Assembly: GCF_018977255.1 (NCBI RefSeq)
Contig: NW_024704742.1
Coordinates: 79,300,001-79,364,000, forward strand
Reading direction: 5' to 3'
Origin: Callorhinchus milii
Lineage: Eukaryota
DNA: 64,000 nucleotides
Of this stretch, positions 38,596 through 51,037 are shown piece after piece. The translations under genes and the position numbers were made by a program. The notes below the pieces were generated by a model. It saw only the letters and a list, made by a program, of their open reading frames with translations, had not been told where the DNA came from and searched no databases. Numbering within the stretch: position 1 is the first letter of the stretch; each line of letters starts with the position of its first letter.

Positions 38596-38926
38596 TATAA
38601 TAATAAATAATAACAATAATAATCCTTGCATTTGATATAGCGCTTTTCACGTCGGGAGGACGTCCCAAAGCGCTTCACAGAATATACTGTAAAGTGAATT
38701 GACTGTATATTTGTGGGCGAACGCGGCAGCCAATTGCGCACAGCAATGTCCCACAAACAGTCGTGCATTGAAAATTACCAATTTATTATTGTTTTTGGTT
38801 TTGGAGGGATTATTATTAGGCGTGTGGAGTAAGGAAACTTGCCCAAGGTTTCGCCCTGCCTGGAATTGAACTCAGGTCTCTCACTTGCAAAGCGAGTGCT
38901 CTAACCACTGAGCTACAGGACTCCAC
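38596..38926 (-). mobile_element. Full-length young tRNA(Ala)-derived SINE with probable TSD aattataataa
   Basis: Near-identical to 5714-6042; aattataataa occurs at both 38593 and 38927. Confidence 0.95.
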
Positions 38927-40323
38927 AATTATAATAAAAAATATTATATGTGTGCAACACTGTAGTTTGCATCTGTAGTAATATTGTGACTACCATCTTC
39001 AAATAAAAAAGGATAATGTGGAAATAAATAGCCTTCACAACCACCACTTAATACTTAATTGCATACAATTGAAAATAAAAAATAAAGGGGCAATGGCTCC
39101 TACAGTTTACGTTAAGTGAGCTTTTCAGACAGCAGCTCATATCAATATTACTTTGAAAAATTAACTAGTTAGAATTATTAACGTTAACTTTCATTTTTAA
39201 AACGTGTCTCTTGATTGTTTGAAAAATGGTAAGTGCTCATATCACCAATTGAGCTGGATTGAGGAGCACTTGAGGCTGACAGAGTGATGGAGCTGAATAA
39301 ACATCAGCAGGGTTTCAGAGATCTAAATTGGACCAATCCTTAAATAACAACCCTTTAAATAAAGTTATAAACATTAACTAATAATAGTAATCCTTGCATT
39401 TGATATAGCACCTTATCACGTCATTGAGGCACTTCACAAATATATTGTGTATTTTGTGGGAAAAACCCAGCATAACATACGTAATAAAAAAAACTAATAA
39501 TTAATTTTTTTTAAATAAACTATTCCAGAAACCAGGAGTATGTGAAGCTGACCAAGGAAACTCCGGTTCATAAATAGGCCCCATCAAAGCAGAGTTTTAA
39601 TGGGTTAGCAATGACGTACTTCAGTATATTAGAAGGAATTCCCCTTTGTGAGTTGAGAGTCAACAAACAATAACCCACTTTAAACCCCACAGAGAGGAGT
39701 TCTCAGGGGATGGTGTTAATAGGACCACAGCTATGTGATTTACACAGAGGGTGCTGAGAATGTGGAATTCACTGCCTGAAGCTGTAGTTAAAGCAGAAAG
39801 CATCAACGTATTTATGAGGAAACTTGCTGCACACACTAAGGTGAAACCAATAATCCTCTAGATAAATTCATCATTCACCAGATAACTGTTTGTGAGACAT
39901 TGTTGTCTCCCTACAAATCCACAGCCACTACACTTTACATAAATTCATAGTGAAGTGCTTTGGAGATGATTTGACTTTATAGGAACTATATCAAATGTAA
40001 TGATCAGTATTATTGTAGCTCATTTGCTCTGCTGGCTCTTTGTTGTCCCAGAGCACTTCAGACCAAAGTTATGCATATTCCTGATATCTGAGTCAACATC
40101 TGAGCCTGTCTTCCAGTATATTCCAGATACATCTGCTGCTACAATTTATTTCCAGAAATCAGTCGTACACCACTCAGATGTCCCAAAACTCATTTTGTTC
40201 TGCCTCTTTATATTGCTATGATTTTAAAACAAAATCTCACAGTCTCTCGTGAATTAAATATCATCATAGTTATGACCAAGGTATAATTGGGAAATCTTTT
40301 TTTCCTCCCAAAAAGCTGCTCAC

Positions 40324-40411
40324 TTTAAAGATGATGATGTGTTCAATTGAAAGTGAAACTGTGTCAAACGTGCTACATGTGCCTCCAGAAGCAAACTTCA
40401 TGCAGCAATGT
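40324..40411 (-). other. Candidate exon of the minus-strand model
   Basis: Acceptor ttttgtacattttcag and donor AAA|gtgagc. One open frame, HCCMKFASGGTCSTFDTVSLSIEHIIIFK. Confidence 0.25.
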
Positions 40412-40475
40412 CTGAAAATGTACAAAATCCTAAACAATATCGCAAGAGCGCTAACTGTGGCATGCACATATCAGC

Positions 40476-41048
40476 GTGGCTCAGTTGGAGTCTCTGAGTC
40501 AGAAGTTGTTTGGTTAAGCTCCACATTGGGATGAGGAACTCATATAATCTAAGATGACACTACAATGCAGTGCTGCATTGTTGGAGGTGTCCTCCTTTGA
40601 TAAGATGCTAGACCAAGATCTTATCTGTCTAAAAACAGCGAGAGCTAGGAAAACTCAGCAGGTCGTGGACCCGAAACGTTCACTCACTTTCCTTTCTCCA
40701 TAGATGCTGCCTGACCTGCTGAGTTTTCCCAGCTCTCTCTGTTTTTTGTTTCAGATTCCAGCATCTGCAGTATTTTGTGTTTTGATCTTATCTGTCTATC
40801 CAGCTGGCTGTTAAAATACCATGGAGAAACTCGCTTCTCAAAAAGAAAAGGGAGTTTCTCCCGGTGACCTGACCAACAATACCCAGATAAAATTGATTAT
40901 TCATGACATGGCTGTTTGTGGGACATTGCTGTTTGCAAATTGGCTGCCACAAAACACATAAGCACTACACTTTACAGTATACCCCGTGAAGCGCTTTGGG
41001 ATGTCCTCTTGATGTGAAAGATGCTACACCAAATGTAGGGATTATTAT
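40476..41048 (+). mobile_element. Deu-domain SINE hosting a nested insertion
   Basis: gtggctcagttgg...tctgagtcagaag head; core split at gatcttatctgtcta; tail aaatgtagggattattat. Confidence 0.82.
40632..40783 (+). mobile_element. Short Penelope-like (PLE) terminal-repeat insertion with an inverted 5' segment and 15-bp TSD
   Basis: TSD gatcttatctgtcta at 40617-40631 and 40784-40798; 34-bp inverted repeat 40631-40664/40713-40746. The gacccgaaacgtt...gatgctgcctgacctgctgagt...cagcatctgcagt sequence resembles shark PLE ends as I recall them. Confidence 0.7.
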
Positions 41049-41392
41049 CCTGGAAGACTTTTTCTTTTAATATTTTAGCACTGTTAAAAAGTTAGCTGCT
41101 GAAGATTTGCAGCTAGAAAGCTAACAGGCCATTCAAAATAAGTTAATTTACCACCTTGGACATTTCTAGTCTGGAAAGCAAGACTTGTGTCTAAATATTT
41201 AAACATATTGCTGCCAGTAATTGTTAAGTTCTGGCCCACTGGGTTACTATAACCTAGATATAACAACATATCTTGGCCGTAGTGAATAATGGATACGACT
41301 GAAATACTAGCCTAGTGTAATCTCTTCCTGGGGAGTTTTTTAAAAAATACAGATAAATCTATTGTGAATGGTCAGTGAATCATTGGTTAGAA

Positions 41393-42872
41393 ACAATAAC
41401 AACAACAACAAGATTACATTTGAATAGCGCCTTTCACGTCGGGATGATGTCCCAAGCCACTGGACAGTGTACAGCATTTCAGACCCGAGCTGGGGTTGGG
41501 GGTTAAGGGAGGGGAGGGGAAGGGGGGTGGCCGATGGCATGGTCGAAGAGCAGGGTCTTGAGGTGGCACTTGAAGGAGGATAAAGAGGGGGCGAGGCAGA
41601 GTGATTGGGGGATGAAATTCCAGAGGTTGAGAGCGGAGTAGCTGAAGGCTCTCCCACCCCGGGGGCTGTGGAGAAGGCCGGAGCCGGCTGAGCGGAGGGA
41701 ATGGGCGAGTTAGTATAGGGTTAGGAGGTCTCAGAGGTTAGGTGGGGAGAGGCCATGGAGGGCTTTGTATGTGAGGACCAGGATCTTGAACTGGATCCTC
41801 TGAAGGTTAGGGAGCCAATGGAATCTGGTGAGAGTTGGGGAGATGGGGTCACGGAGATTGGTGCGGGAGAGGACACGGGCTGCAGAGTTCGGGATTATCT
41901 GCAGCCTGTGGAGGGAGGAGTTCGGAAGGCCGACAAGCATGGCGTTTGCATAGTCGAGCCTGGAGGTGATGAAACCATGAACAAGAGTTTCAGCGGCCTG
42001 AGGGGTGAGGTAGTGGCGGAGTCGGGCGATGTTACGGAGGTGAGGGAAGGCAGAGCGGGTCATTGGCTGAATGTGAGGGAGAAAAGACAGTTGAGGGTCG
42101 AACAAGACACCTAGGTTCCTGACTGTCTTGGTGAGTTGTAGTGTGCAACCATGGAGGTTGATGGTGCCGGAGCCTGAGGTGCTGAGGCGCTGGCGTGAGC
42201 CAATCAGGAGGGCCTCAGTCTTGTTCACATTCAACTGTGGGAAATTTGCCCTCATCCAGGACTTGATGTCCAACAGACAGTCTGTCAGGACAGCAGTGGT
42301 CCTGGAGTTGAGGGTGGAGGCAGAAAGATAGAGTTGGGTGTCATCCGTATACATGTAGAAGTTGACCCCATGTCTGCGGATGATGTCACCAAGGGGGGAG
42401 CATGTAGATATTAAAGAGGAGAAGGCCAAGGACAGAGCCCTGGGGGACGCCAGACGTAACAGTGCGGGGGCTGGAGAAGAAACCGTTAGAGGCAACAAAG
42501 TGGAGACAGTGAGAGAGATAGGAATCGAACCAGACAAGGGCAGATCCGTGAAGATTGAGTAATGCGGAGAGGCGGTGTATGAGGATGGAGTGGTCGACAG
42601 TGTCGAAGGCGGCAGAGAGGTCGAGGAGGACAAGGAGGCAAAGGGAGCCCTGATCACAGATGTTCAGAATGTCATTAGTGACTTTGACCAGGGCTGTTTC
42701 CGTGCTGTGGGCAGCACGAAAGCTGGATTGGAAGGGTTCAAAGAGGGAATGGCGAGAGAGAAAGGAGCGGAACTGGGACGCGACGACTCGTTCCAGGACC
42801 TTGGAGAGGAATGGGAGGTTAGAGATGGAGTGATAACTGGAGAGGAGGGATGGATCCAGGGAAGGTTTTTTC
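41393..42872 (-). mobile_element. 5'-truncated L2 LINE with RT domain (frameshifted)
   Basis: ORFs 42386-42874 and 41731-42657 give HSTETALVKV, LDLSAAFDTVDH, GVPQGSVLG, YMYTDDTQLY, SRLDYANA; (AAC)n inverted tail. Confidence 0.95.
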
Positions 42873-42884
42873 AAGCATTGAAAG

Positions 42885-43160
42885 CATTGATTTAAGATGA
42901 TAAGTGAAAGAGGGGATTAGGAGGATTTTGTTAGTAACGTTTTTGATATGTTAGGATGTGGAATGCTTTGCTAGGTATGGTGATCCAAGTGGAATCCATA
43001 TTAGTTTTCAAGACGGAACTAGATAGTTGTATAAAAAATGACTAATTTGCAGGTGTGTGGGAAAGGCAGGTATATCTGATTGAAATTAACACTATTTCAA
43101 AGAGCCAACACAAGCACAATATGTCCAATGCCTTTTCTGTAAACGTCTATGGTTCTGATA
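42885..43160 (+). mobile_element. Degenerate CR1 3' end
   Basis: ggatgtggaatgctttgc...gtggaatccatattagttttcaag...gaactagatag; homologous to 54765-55030. Confidence 0.6.
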
Positions 43161-46099
43161 ACCAGAGTAACACAAGTAAATGAGATTTGCCAAGGCTTGG
43201 TACATTTTCAACAAAAATCACACAACTTGCTGAACTTTACTGTTCCTGGAAGAATTGCAGGTTTGATCTTGGATTAAGTGGAGTCATTTTGAAAATGCAT
43301 CCATATTCAAATAACTTGTAAGATCATCTATCTGCAATATATTACTCCTGGCTCTGTAAGAAATGGGACTTTTTTTAAAAAAAAGGGAACAAATGGTATT
43401 AAATAAAGGTTTTGCCTTCTGTAAAAATATTTTTTGAGATGGTAAACTTTTCAACCACGTGTCCCTTCCTGGTCATTCATGGCTCATAACTAACTATCAT
43501 AACTGTACGTCTGTGAGCAAATTCCGACTTATCCATAGCATTTAATTAACGTCTTTTCACACCAAATTTCCTCCACCAATTTTCTCCTATCTCACCTCTC
43601 CTGAAGGCTCTCACTCTTTGCTGAGCTGCAGTTCAAAAGGCCCCAAGCTACCTCTGCTTCCTCACTCTCTACAACCCATTCTCTTTGTGTGACTGATATC
43701 ATAATGAGTGCCAACAACATACTCAGCTATGAATTTGTCACAGACAAGGAAGTCTAATTTACAGATTAAGTTTACAACCCATATGGGAAATGTGCAGCTT
43801 GGGCTAACCTTGTCCAAACCCATGTGTATAGATGTAATTAACAACCAAAGAAAAAGATCCAAACTAAGCCAGCCAGACAGCCTATAAAACAAAACAATAC
43901 AATACAAATTTGCATTTGTACAGTGCCTTTCACATCAGGAAGACTTAGAACCATAGAAATTGATAGCACATGAGAAGGTCCTGCCCTCACTTTCAAAACC
44001 CATTTGTGAAGCATTCTGTCTGGGCTTTTTGCCATCTCTCCCTTACCCTCCAATTTCCCACTAGCTTGAACTCCCTTTTCTGTCAGGTTACAGTACTTCA
44101 AGATAGTTTTCTACATAAAAAGTATTGTATAAATGCAAATTGTTGTTGCTCAGATTGACTAAATCAGCACAGAAAAGGTAGTGGAGGCTTCTGAAGGTAA
44201 GGATGAGGATCTTGGAAATTGACAGGGGCAGATCTGAGCTAGATCAGTCATAGGGATGTTAGAAGTGGCCTCAGTACTCCTTCCAGTACCTTGGGATGTC
44301 CTCCCAACATGAAAGGCGCTGTAAAAGTGTAATCTTGTTGTTATTGTTATTTTGTTTGGGAGGGGAAAATCAGGCAGAGTTTCCACTCTTGATCACTATT
44401 CAGTAACTGTGTGATTTGTGCACATTTGTGGACATGGGTGGAGCGGGGTGAGGGCAGGTTTGGGTTCAATTTTATCTGGATAATCTGGGCACTAAAACTG
44501 GGACCTTCTGAATTCACTTGGCACTGGTCAGCGTACTTGCAACCAGGTTACCAGGAAGGGTGGTTGAGACCAAGTCGCTGGACTTATTTAAAAAACAGCT
44601 TGACAAATAAATAATAATCCTTTACATTTGGTATAGTGCTATTTGTGTCAGGAGGAAATCCCAAAGCATTTCACAGAATTGACTGAAAAGTGAAGTGACT
44701 GCGTGTTTCATGGATGAGTGCGATGTGACGTTGTGATGGGAAGATGGCAGGGTGGGCATCTGGAAGGATGAGATCAAATGCAACCGAGGGCCTTCTTCAT
44801 CCAAACCCAATTCAGCCGCCTTGGAAGCATCTTGAACATAAGCAACACAACCCACCAAACAAGGGCAGCCTCGTTACTTTGATGGTCATTGTCACTCTGA
44901 TTTTCCTAAAGATCTTCCGAAAGATTCCTCTCAACACTTGCCTTCTTATTGTCCCTGCAGTAAACGAGATTCACCGGGTACATTTGAAACCCCCCCAAAA
45001 AATCGCAAAACGCTCTGAACTTTAACAACCCCATACGAATTGCGGAGGTTTGTTCTTGGGTTTAATTGGAGTCTGAAAATGGAAGTCATCAATCTGCGTT
45101 ATTCTCCATCTCCTGCAACTTCCAAACACGGTTCTGACCTTGTATCAACTAACAACAGAAGCAAAGATACACACAAAACCTCAGTGAATCCAATTATAGT
45201 ACAATTAACATGCTATGTTTTTCCCCAAGGGGTCGACTTGTGCGAAGATAAGGATCATTAAGTTATAATAAACAGAATGCACCAAAAATCTCATTACATT
45301 TATTTACAACAAAATTACCATTTTATTTGGATGCTAAGAGCTGCCTCCACTCCACCGTGCATATTGCCTTTTTTTTCATTTATCTGTCGAGGTCCCATTT
45401 ACTGGATTTAGTGTTTATTTGCTGTCAAGAGCAGAACATATCTGGCAGAGTCCCATTGAACTCTCAGGACTCTCATATCCAGCTGTGATCTTCCACACTG
45501 ACACTGACACAGCCCCCACCCCAACCACCACCACCAGCAAAGAAAAAAACACCCAATAAAATAAATGTGCAGAGATCAACACATTGTACAGTGGGAAGCC
45601 CCAGTACTGTCGATAATCCCTTTTTATTCACAAATCCGATCCGGGAGGGAATGAATGGGGGGGAGGGGGGGGGATGGTGATCCAGAAAAATAATCAGACA
45701 GACCATTAAGGCATTCCCCAGGGGAACACTGTGGACTTTAAACCCTGGGATGACTTCATACACCGTAACGTTAATGGTCAGGACACAGACCTGTACCCGC
45801 GATGCGCAACATATAGTTCCCTGGACTCTCCGGAGAAGAGCACTCTGTCTGTGTCTCTGTCTCTGTCTCACTCTGTCTCTCCGCCTCTGAGGCTATCATC
45901 TCAAAGTTGGGTCTGGGAACATCTGATTGACTACGGGATGAATTGAAGAGCAGCGATTTATGACGGTGGAGTGCTTACAGCGACCTCCTGCCTTCCATCC
46001 TTCCTTCCTTCCTTCTTCCTTCCGTCCTCAGCGACCATTCACTCCCACAGAGAGGACGGGGAGAGGGTGAGGAGAGGAGAGGATCCCCTGTGTGACTGA

Positions 46100-46353
46100 T
46101 GTCTTTGCCCTGGGCTGGGGGGCTGGCCAGCCTGTAGGAGAGGGGGAGCCAGGGGGGTGGGTGGGGTGGGGTGGGGGGGAGGTGGGGGCTACAGCAGGAA
46201 AGGACAGCAATCCGTGGCTTCACTCAGTGAGGAGCTCATTCCTTCTCGCTTTCTGCTTCCCCTTTTGACAGTGTTCAGGCACAGACCCAGACTGCTGTCT
46301 GTCTGCTCAGTGCGATTACCATATAACTGTGGGATTATAAACGCTATATTTAG
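46100..46353 (+). other. Candidate non-coding first exon (start uncertain)
   Basis: Ends at a perfect donor TAG|gtaagt downstream of a G-rich tract. An alternative donor AAG|gtgagt lies at 47886. Confidence 0.45.
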
Positions 46354-47691
46354 GTAAGTGCACACCCCAGAAACTATTTTGTTCCACGTCTGTGTGTTCG
46401 TGTGTGTTATTATTGCCGGGATTAACACCGACTGCTGCAGATTATTCTTCCTTCCTTCCCCCCACCCAAAAAAAATGCTGTGATCCTGCATTTTATTAGC
46501 AGTATTCTCAACCAGCACTCGCAGTTTGCAAGTTCCAGTGACAGACAGTGTGAGGATTTCAGGGGAGGAACGCTGAGCTGTTTCGTGTGGCTTTAATCTG
46601 CTCCGATAATAAAACATTTGGACTTTTTTTTTTGCAGCTAAACTAATCCGCATGTTAAAAAAAAAACACCCACTTTAGCTGCTAAATCCTCAGCCCCTGT
46701 CATGCTTCGAGGGATGTGCACATACATATATATCGCTGGAATGTTTATCTAAAGCTGTGGTTTAAATGCTGTGTTGTGTTGTGTTGAGATGTCGGTAACC
46801 TTTCCTGCACATTGAATGATCTGAGGCGAAACAGCAGCGGACCATTGAGTGCTCCATTCACTGTAATGCACAACGGAATCAGACAATTCACTGATTATTT
46901 AACTGGTCTTGAAATAGCTCCTGAAACTTGTCTGAACAGAAGCATTTTTGCTTCCATGACTTGACCTGCAGTCGGGGAGGCGGAGTGGTGATGGTGGGTG
47001 GGGGGAGGGGGGGGGGCGAGTCGTGCCTTTAGTAAAGGCTGAAAACCAACTGAAGAGAGGACTGCTTTGGGGGTGCTTTTGCAGTTACAGCCAAATGAGG
47101 ATGGCAGAGGTATAGAAATACAAATACGACAATAGTGTACTGTTAATGCGCGGCAACAGAGGCTGCTGTGAACGCTGCTGTGGAACAGATGCGATCCAGA
47201 AGATTTCAAAGGTTCAAGTTGCCTTTGTGCACTTTGAATGCGATGTGACTGCGTTTGAATCTTGAGCTAAGATTGATCTTGACCTGACCCAAACCCATTG
47301 AGTTGGGGAGGGTTTGGGAATGACGGGGGTGTCAGAACCACTGACAGATCTATCCAACTCAGTAACGCAGCTCAACACCTGACTCAGCTCCAGGTAAAAA
47401 AACATTTGCATTCTTTATGCTTTAATTTTGTGCTAAGCGTTACATGTAAGGAGCAAACCCTGGCGTCGCTGTTACAGAAACCACCCGAATTGACATTGCC
47501 AGGGATCTGTGGGAATATGTTTCCCCTCCCTGAAATGCAACATTACATAACGATGTATGTGTGTGTGTGTGTGGGGGGGGGGCAGTAATTCATTATAAAT
47601 AGGACCAAGTGTGTGCATGTACGTATTTAAAGCGGTTGGAGTAATGGGTGCGGTACCACGTTGCAGGAAAGGGGAACGCAGGGAGGTGGGT

Positions 47692-47725
<34 letters not shown>

Positions 47726-49585
47726 GCACGTGTATCATTCTGAAGCTGTCTGCTATCTGTAGTAAGAGGAAGGCACTGTGTGATGCCAGATAAGCAGCTG
47801 CTGGTAAATGCACTGCATCCTATTTACGGTGTTGAGTGTGTAGGATTCGAGGCTGATATTTATTGCAAAACCTCACGCGACTAAAGGTGAGTAAATTGCT
47901 TTTACCTGCTCCATACCACAGCTGGGACACCACGTAAATGAATAACAGCTCCTGCCCCCCACCCCTCACTGAGACAGCCAGCTGATCCTTCCCTCGGGTA
48001 CCCACGCTTCTGCTGAACCAGGCTTGCAGCTCACTACACATTGCTAAGCTTGGGGCAGTCACGATTGAGCCATTCATCTTATGTGAGTAAATTGGTATAT
48101 ATTACCTGATGTGCAACTATATACACACAGGGGTTGAGAATAAGGCCAATAAGAGCCATGCAATACCAGAGATGACTGAATTGCGTGAGCTTTTTTTATT
48201 ACCAAAGCTGATATGTTCTAAGAAAAGCTGGGGGGGGTAGTTTTGCAGTATTTCTAAATCTGATTTCTTAGTAAGGAAACTCATTAAAATTCCAGTCGAT
48301 CCTTTGGGAGCTCCCGCTGGGTAGTCGATTGGGCTACGTTGAAGATCCAGTGCCATCCTTTGAAATATTGGGAACACTCCCTATTTGCATGATTCAGATT
48401 CCTTAACAAACAAACCCCATTAAAGCCACACAGCACATCAGGACCACAGTTCAGGTCTCAGATCAGTTGGTGAGTCAATTATGCACTTTTAGCTAAAATA
48501 GGCTTTGTGTCTGTGCTTTGATAAGCATTTTCATCCAACTTCTTTCGTGAAGACTCAATTGTTATTCCCTACTTCTGGATGAAATAGCAATGTTTTACAT
48601 ACAGTATAAAATAAACCTTTTGTTGGGAGTTTTTTTTCATATATATATATATATAATATGACAGAATGACAATTGCCCTCGTGAGTTTGGGGTTTATTAT
48701 TCAAACCAAACCCTGTACAGGATACATCTGAAACTGCTCAAGACGAAAGCAAAACTGATGATTGAAACTCCAAACTCCGTGCTCATAATTTTTCTCCTTC
48801 ATGTACAAGAGTGGATATCACTGCTGGCAGTGGAATTGGCTACAGGGTAATAATATGTAGAGAGATGGCAGTCACTCTGAGTGGCCGATTAGCCTCTCGC
48901 CTCTCCAGCTATGTATGTGCAAGAGGCGAGAGGCTGATTGTGGAGCATTTATTGCACACAGTGGTGTTTGGATTTGAAGCTGCAGAGATTTAACTCACCC
49001 ACCGAAAGGCACTCTTTAGCGGGGAATCTCTCTGGTGCGGATATCCACGCATCTTATTCCCATTCCCTGGACACGATGCAATGTTGGAGAGGGCTGCTCA
49101 GTGCAGAGTGCCGCTGGGATCAATTTAGGGTTAATTTCCAGGGCGGATCCGGTTATAATTGCAGCCGATCCCAACCCCTCTGTCACCGCTGTTTTACACG
49201 ATTGGGGGCTCAGAGAAAGAGCGATCCGTCTTTTACTTTTCAATGGACTTTGTTCCGAAATGGCAATGCGTAGATTTATTCCTTCAAAGTAGCTGTCATT
49301 CCAAATCCCAGGGTTGCAAGACAGAGGCATTAAAGCGAGCCCTGGTGGGATCGAGCCAGTGTGAAAATAGTTATGTGTGTGTGTGGCTGTGTCTGTGTGT
49401 AAAAAAAACACAGGATCACCATAAATTGTGCGTTAAAAGTTCCAAATATCTTGCAGGCTTCAACTGACAGTCACTGGCATCCATCGAGATGTTTGCTTTG
49501 AGATGTCAGTGACAACAGCCTGAGAAATATCTGGAGATCTTCTTTCAGATTGATTTCATTCAGAAATATCGCTCAGAGGGCAGAC

Positions 49586-49684
49586 GAATGAATGAATGAG
49601 TGAGTGAATGAATGAATGAATGAATGAATGGATGGATGGATGAATGGATGAATGAATGAATAGATGGATGGATGGATGGATGAA
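49586..49684 (+). repeat. (GAAT)n/(GGAT)n compound microsatellite
   Basis: Directly visible in the sequence. Confidence 0.95.
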
Positions 49685-49867
49685 GGAGGGCAGCCGTGTT
49701 AAAGTCAGTGCCCGGCCTCGGCGATGCTGAATTTACGAGACGAGTCAGGAAACTGACTGACTGACTGTCAAGAGCTCACATTGTGGTGGTCCAGTCTGGT
49801 TTTTTTTGGGTGAAAGGAAAAGGTCGACAGCAGCAAAGAGCGCAATCTGCCTGATGTGTACAGTCAG

Positions 49868-49871
<4 letters not shown>

Positions 49872-49909
<38 letters not shown>
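49872..49909 (+). repeat. (TC)n microsatellite
   Basis: Directly visible in the sequence. Confidence 0.95.
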
Positions 49910-49912
<3 letters not shown>

Positions 49913-50005
49913 TGCGGCTTCAGAGTTTTGCTCAGTTTTTTTTTCAATGAAGATGCAGCTCAGATCCCTCTGTTTCTCTCTGTGTGCACTTGGTCCCCTG
50001 TGCAG

Positions 50006-50177
50006 GAGCTGAGCCTGGCCAGGAGCCGTGCCAGCCTTTGCGTCTGAGGAGCTTAGGGGTGTCCTCCACAGGGTGTGCGCTCTGAATCTGAGCACCACAT
50101 CGGCGGGATCCTGGACACAGACCTCCTTCCCTGTCTGCCCAACAGCCTCAGCCGCCAGATCAGACAGGTCTTGGTCA
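50006..50177 (+). other. Candidate non-coding (5' UTR) exon
   Basis: Acceptor ...tttctctctgtgtgcacttggtcccctgtgcag and donor TCA|gtaagt. GC-rich, no ATG, stops in all three frames. Confidence 0.45.
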
Positions 50178-51037
50178 GTAAGTGCAACACACACAGAGAG
50201 AGAGAGAGAGAGAGGGTGGACTGAGTCCTGGAGCTGTCTGATTTTGGATGGTGCTGAGCTCAGTCAGACTGGATGGTGTATGGGATCTCAGCCAACACAT
50301 TTCCACTACTAAGACCGACGTTGTGGATGTATCTTTATAGAAATGCTATCACTCATTGGGAATGTCTCAGTTTCCCTATTCCAGGGTCAATGTAATACCA
50401 CAGTTACAATTGAAGTTAAATCTCTTCCTGTGTTTTATTTGTTGTGGTCTGAGTTTCTTTCTTGTCCATCTGTTTCTGTATCTTCACCTCATTTCTCCAT
50501 TCCTTTTTTTAAAATTTCTTTTTCTTCACATCTTTCTCTATCCTCATTTGTATCATGTTTATCTTGTCGCCTCTTATTCATTTTCTTTTTAGATTTTCCC
50601 TTTTGTTTTAACCTGAGTTTTATATCCTCTTATTTTTGATTCACTGCCTATCCATGAGTTGATTCCTGTACCTCTTGCCTCCTGATTTATTTAGTCATCT
50701 AAATGAGACACCTCCGGACATGATAGGCATTATATTAATAAAATAATACAGCTACGTATGATATTGTCATGTCGATGCCTCAAAGTTTTTCACAGGATTT
50801 TTATTGTGAAGTGGAGTGACTGTGTATTTTGTAGGCAAATGCAGCAAACAATTTGCACACAGCAATGTCCCATAAACAGTAATGACCAAATTTATTAGGA
50901 GTAAACACAGAAGTCACTGGGAACATGTAGCAGGTCAGGCAGTATCCATGGAGAGAGGAAAATGAGCTAAAGCTTCTGGTCTTTCTTTTCCCCGCCCCCT
51001 TCTTTGCTTGTCCTTGTATAATATAATAATAAGACAA

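Larger units (their letters stand above)
170..40411 (-). pseudogene. Candidate multi-exon gene or unitary pseudogene with Tudor-like and ARM-like traces
   Basis: Non-repeat segments bounded by minus-strand AG/GT sites: 40411-40324, 26943-26834, 25488-25350, 19905-19859, 18117-17980, 14096-13974, 11366-11246, 6371-6332, 1664-1553, 722-553, ~320-170. Splice phases are compatible along 19905>18117>14096>11366>6371>1664>722 and along 26943>25488. Several segments carry stops or frameshifts. No orthologue recognised. Confidence 0.35.
44900..50340. promoter_or_regulatory. Transposon-free, CpG- and G-tract-enriched promoter-like region
   Basis: No SINE or LINE recognised for ~5.4 kb, versus roughly one per kb elsewhere. 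More CpGs by eye (acccgcgatgcgc, cacgcgac, cccggcctcggcg); G-runs at 45657, 46143-46188 and 46996; microsatellites; several consensus plus-strand donors. Confidence 0.6.

Noticed and set aside
41731..42874. Longest ORFs (308 aa and 162 aa) as a host gene or novel RT system
   Set aside because: They are frameshifted, 5'-truncated L2 ORF2 with YADD mutated to YTDD: an ordinary dead LINE copy.
45731..45946. ORF MDFKPWDDFIHRNVNGQDTDLYPRC... in the promoter block
   Set aside because: It starts at GTG, runs into (CTGT)-type low complexity and has no splice or homology support.
49745..50194. 149-aa minus-strand ORF with ERERER run
   Set aside because: It spans the (TC)n microsatellite, has a non-ATG start and shows no recognisable domain.
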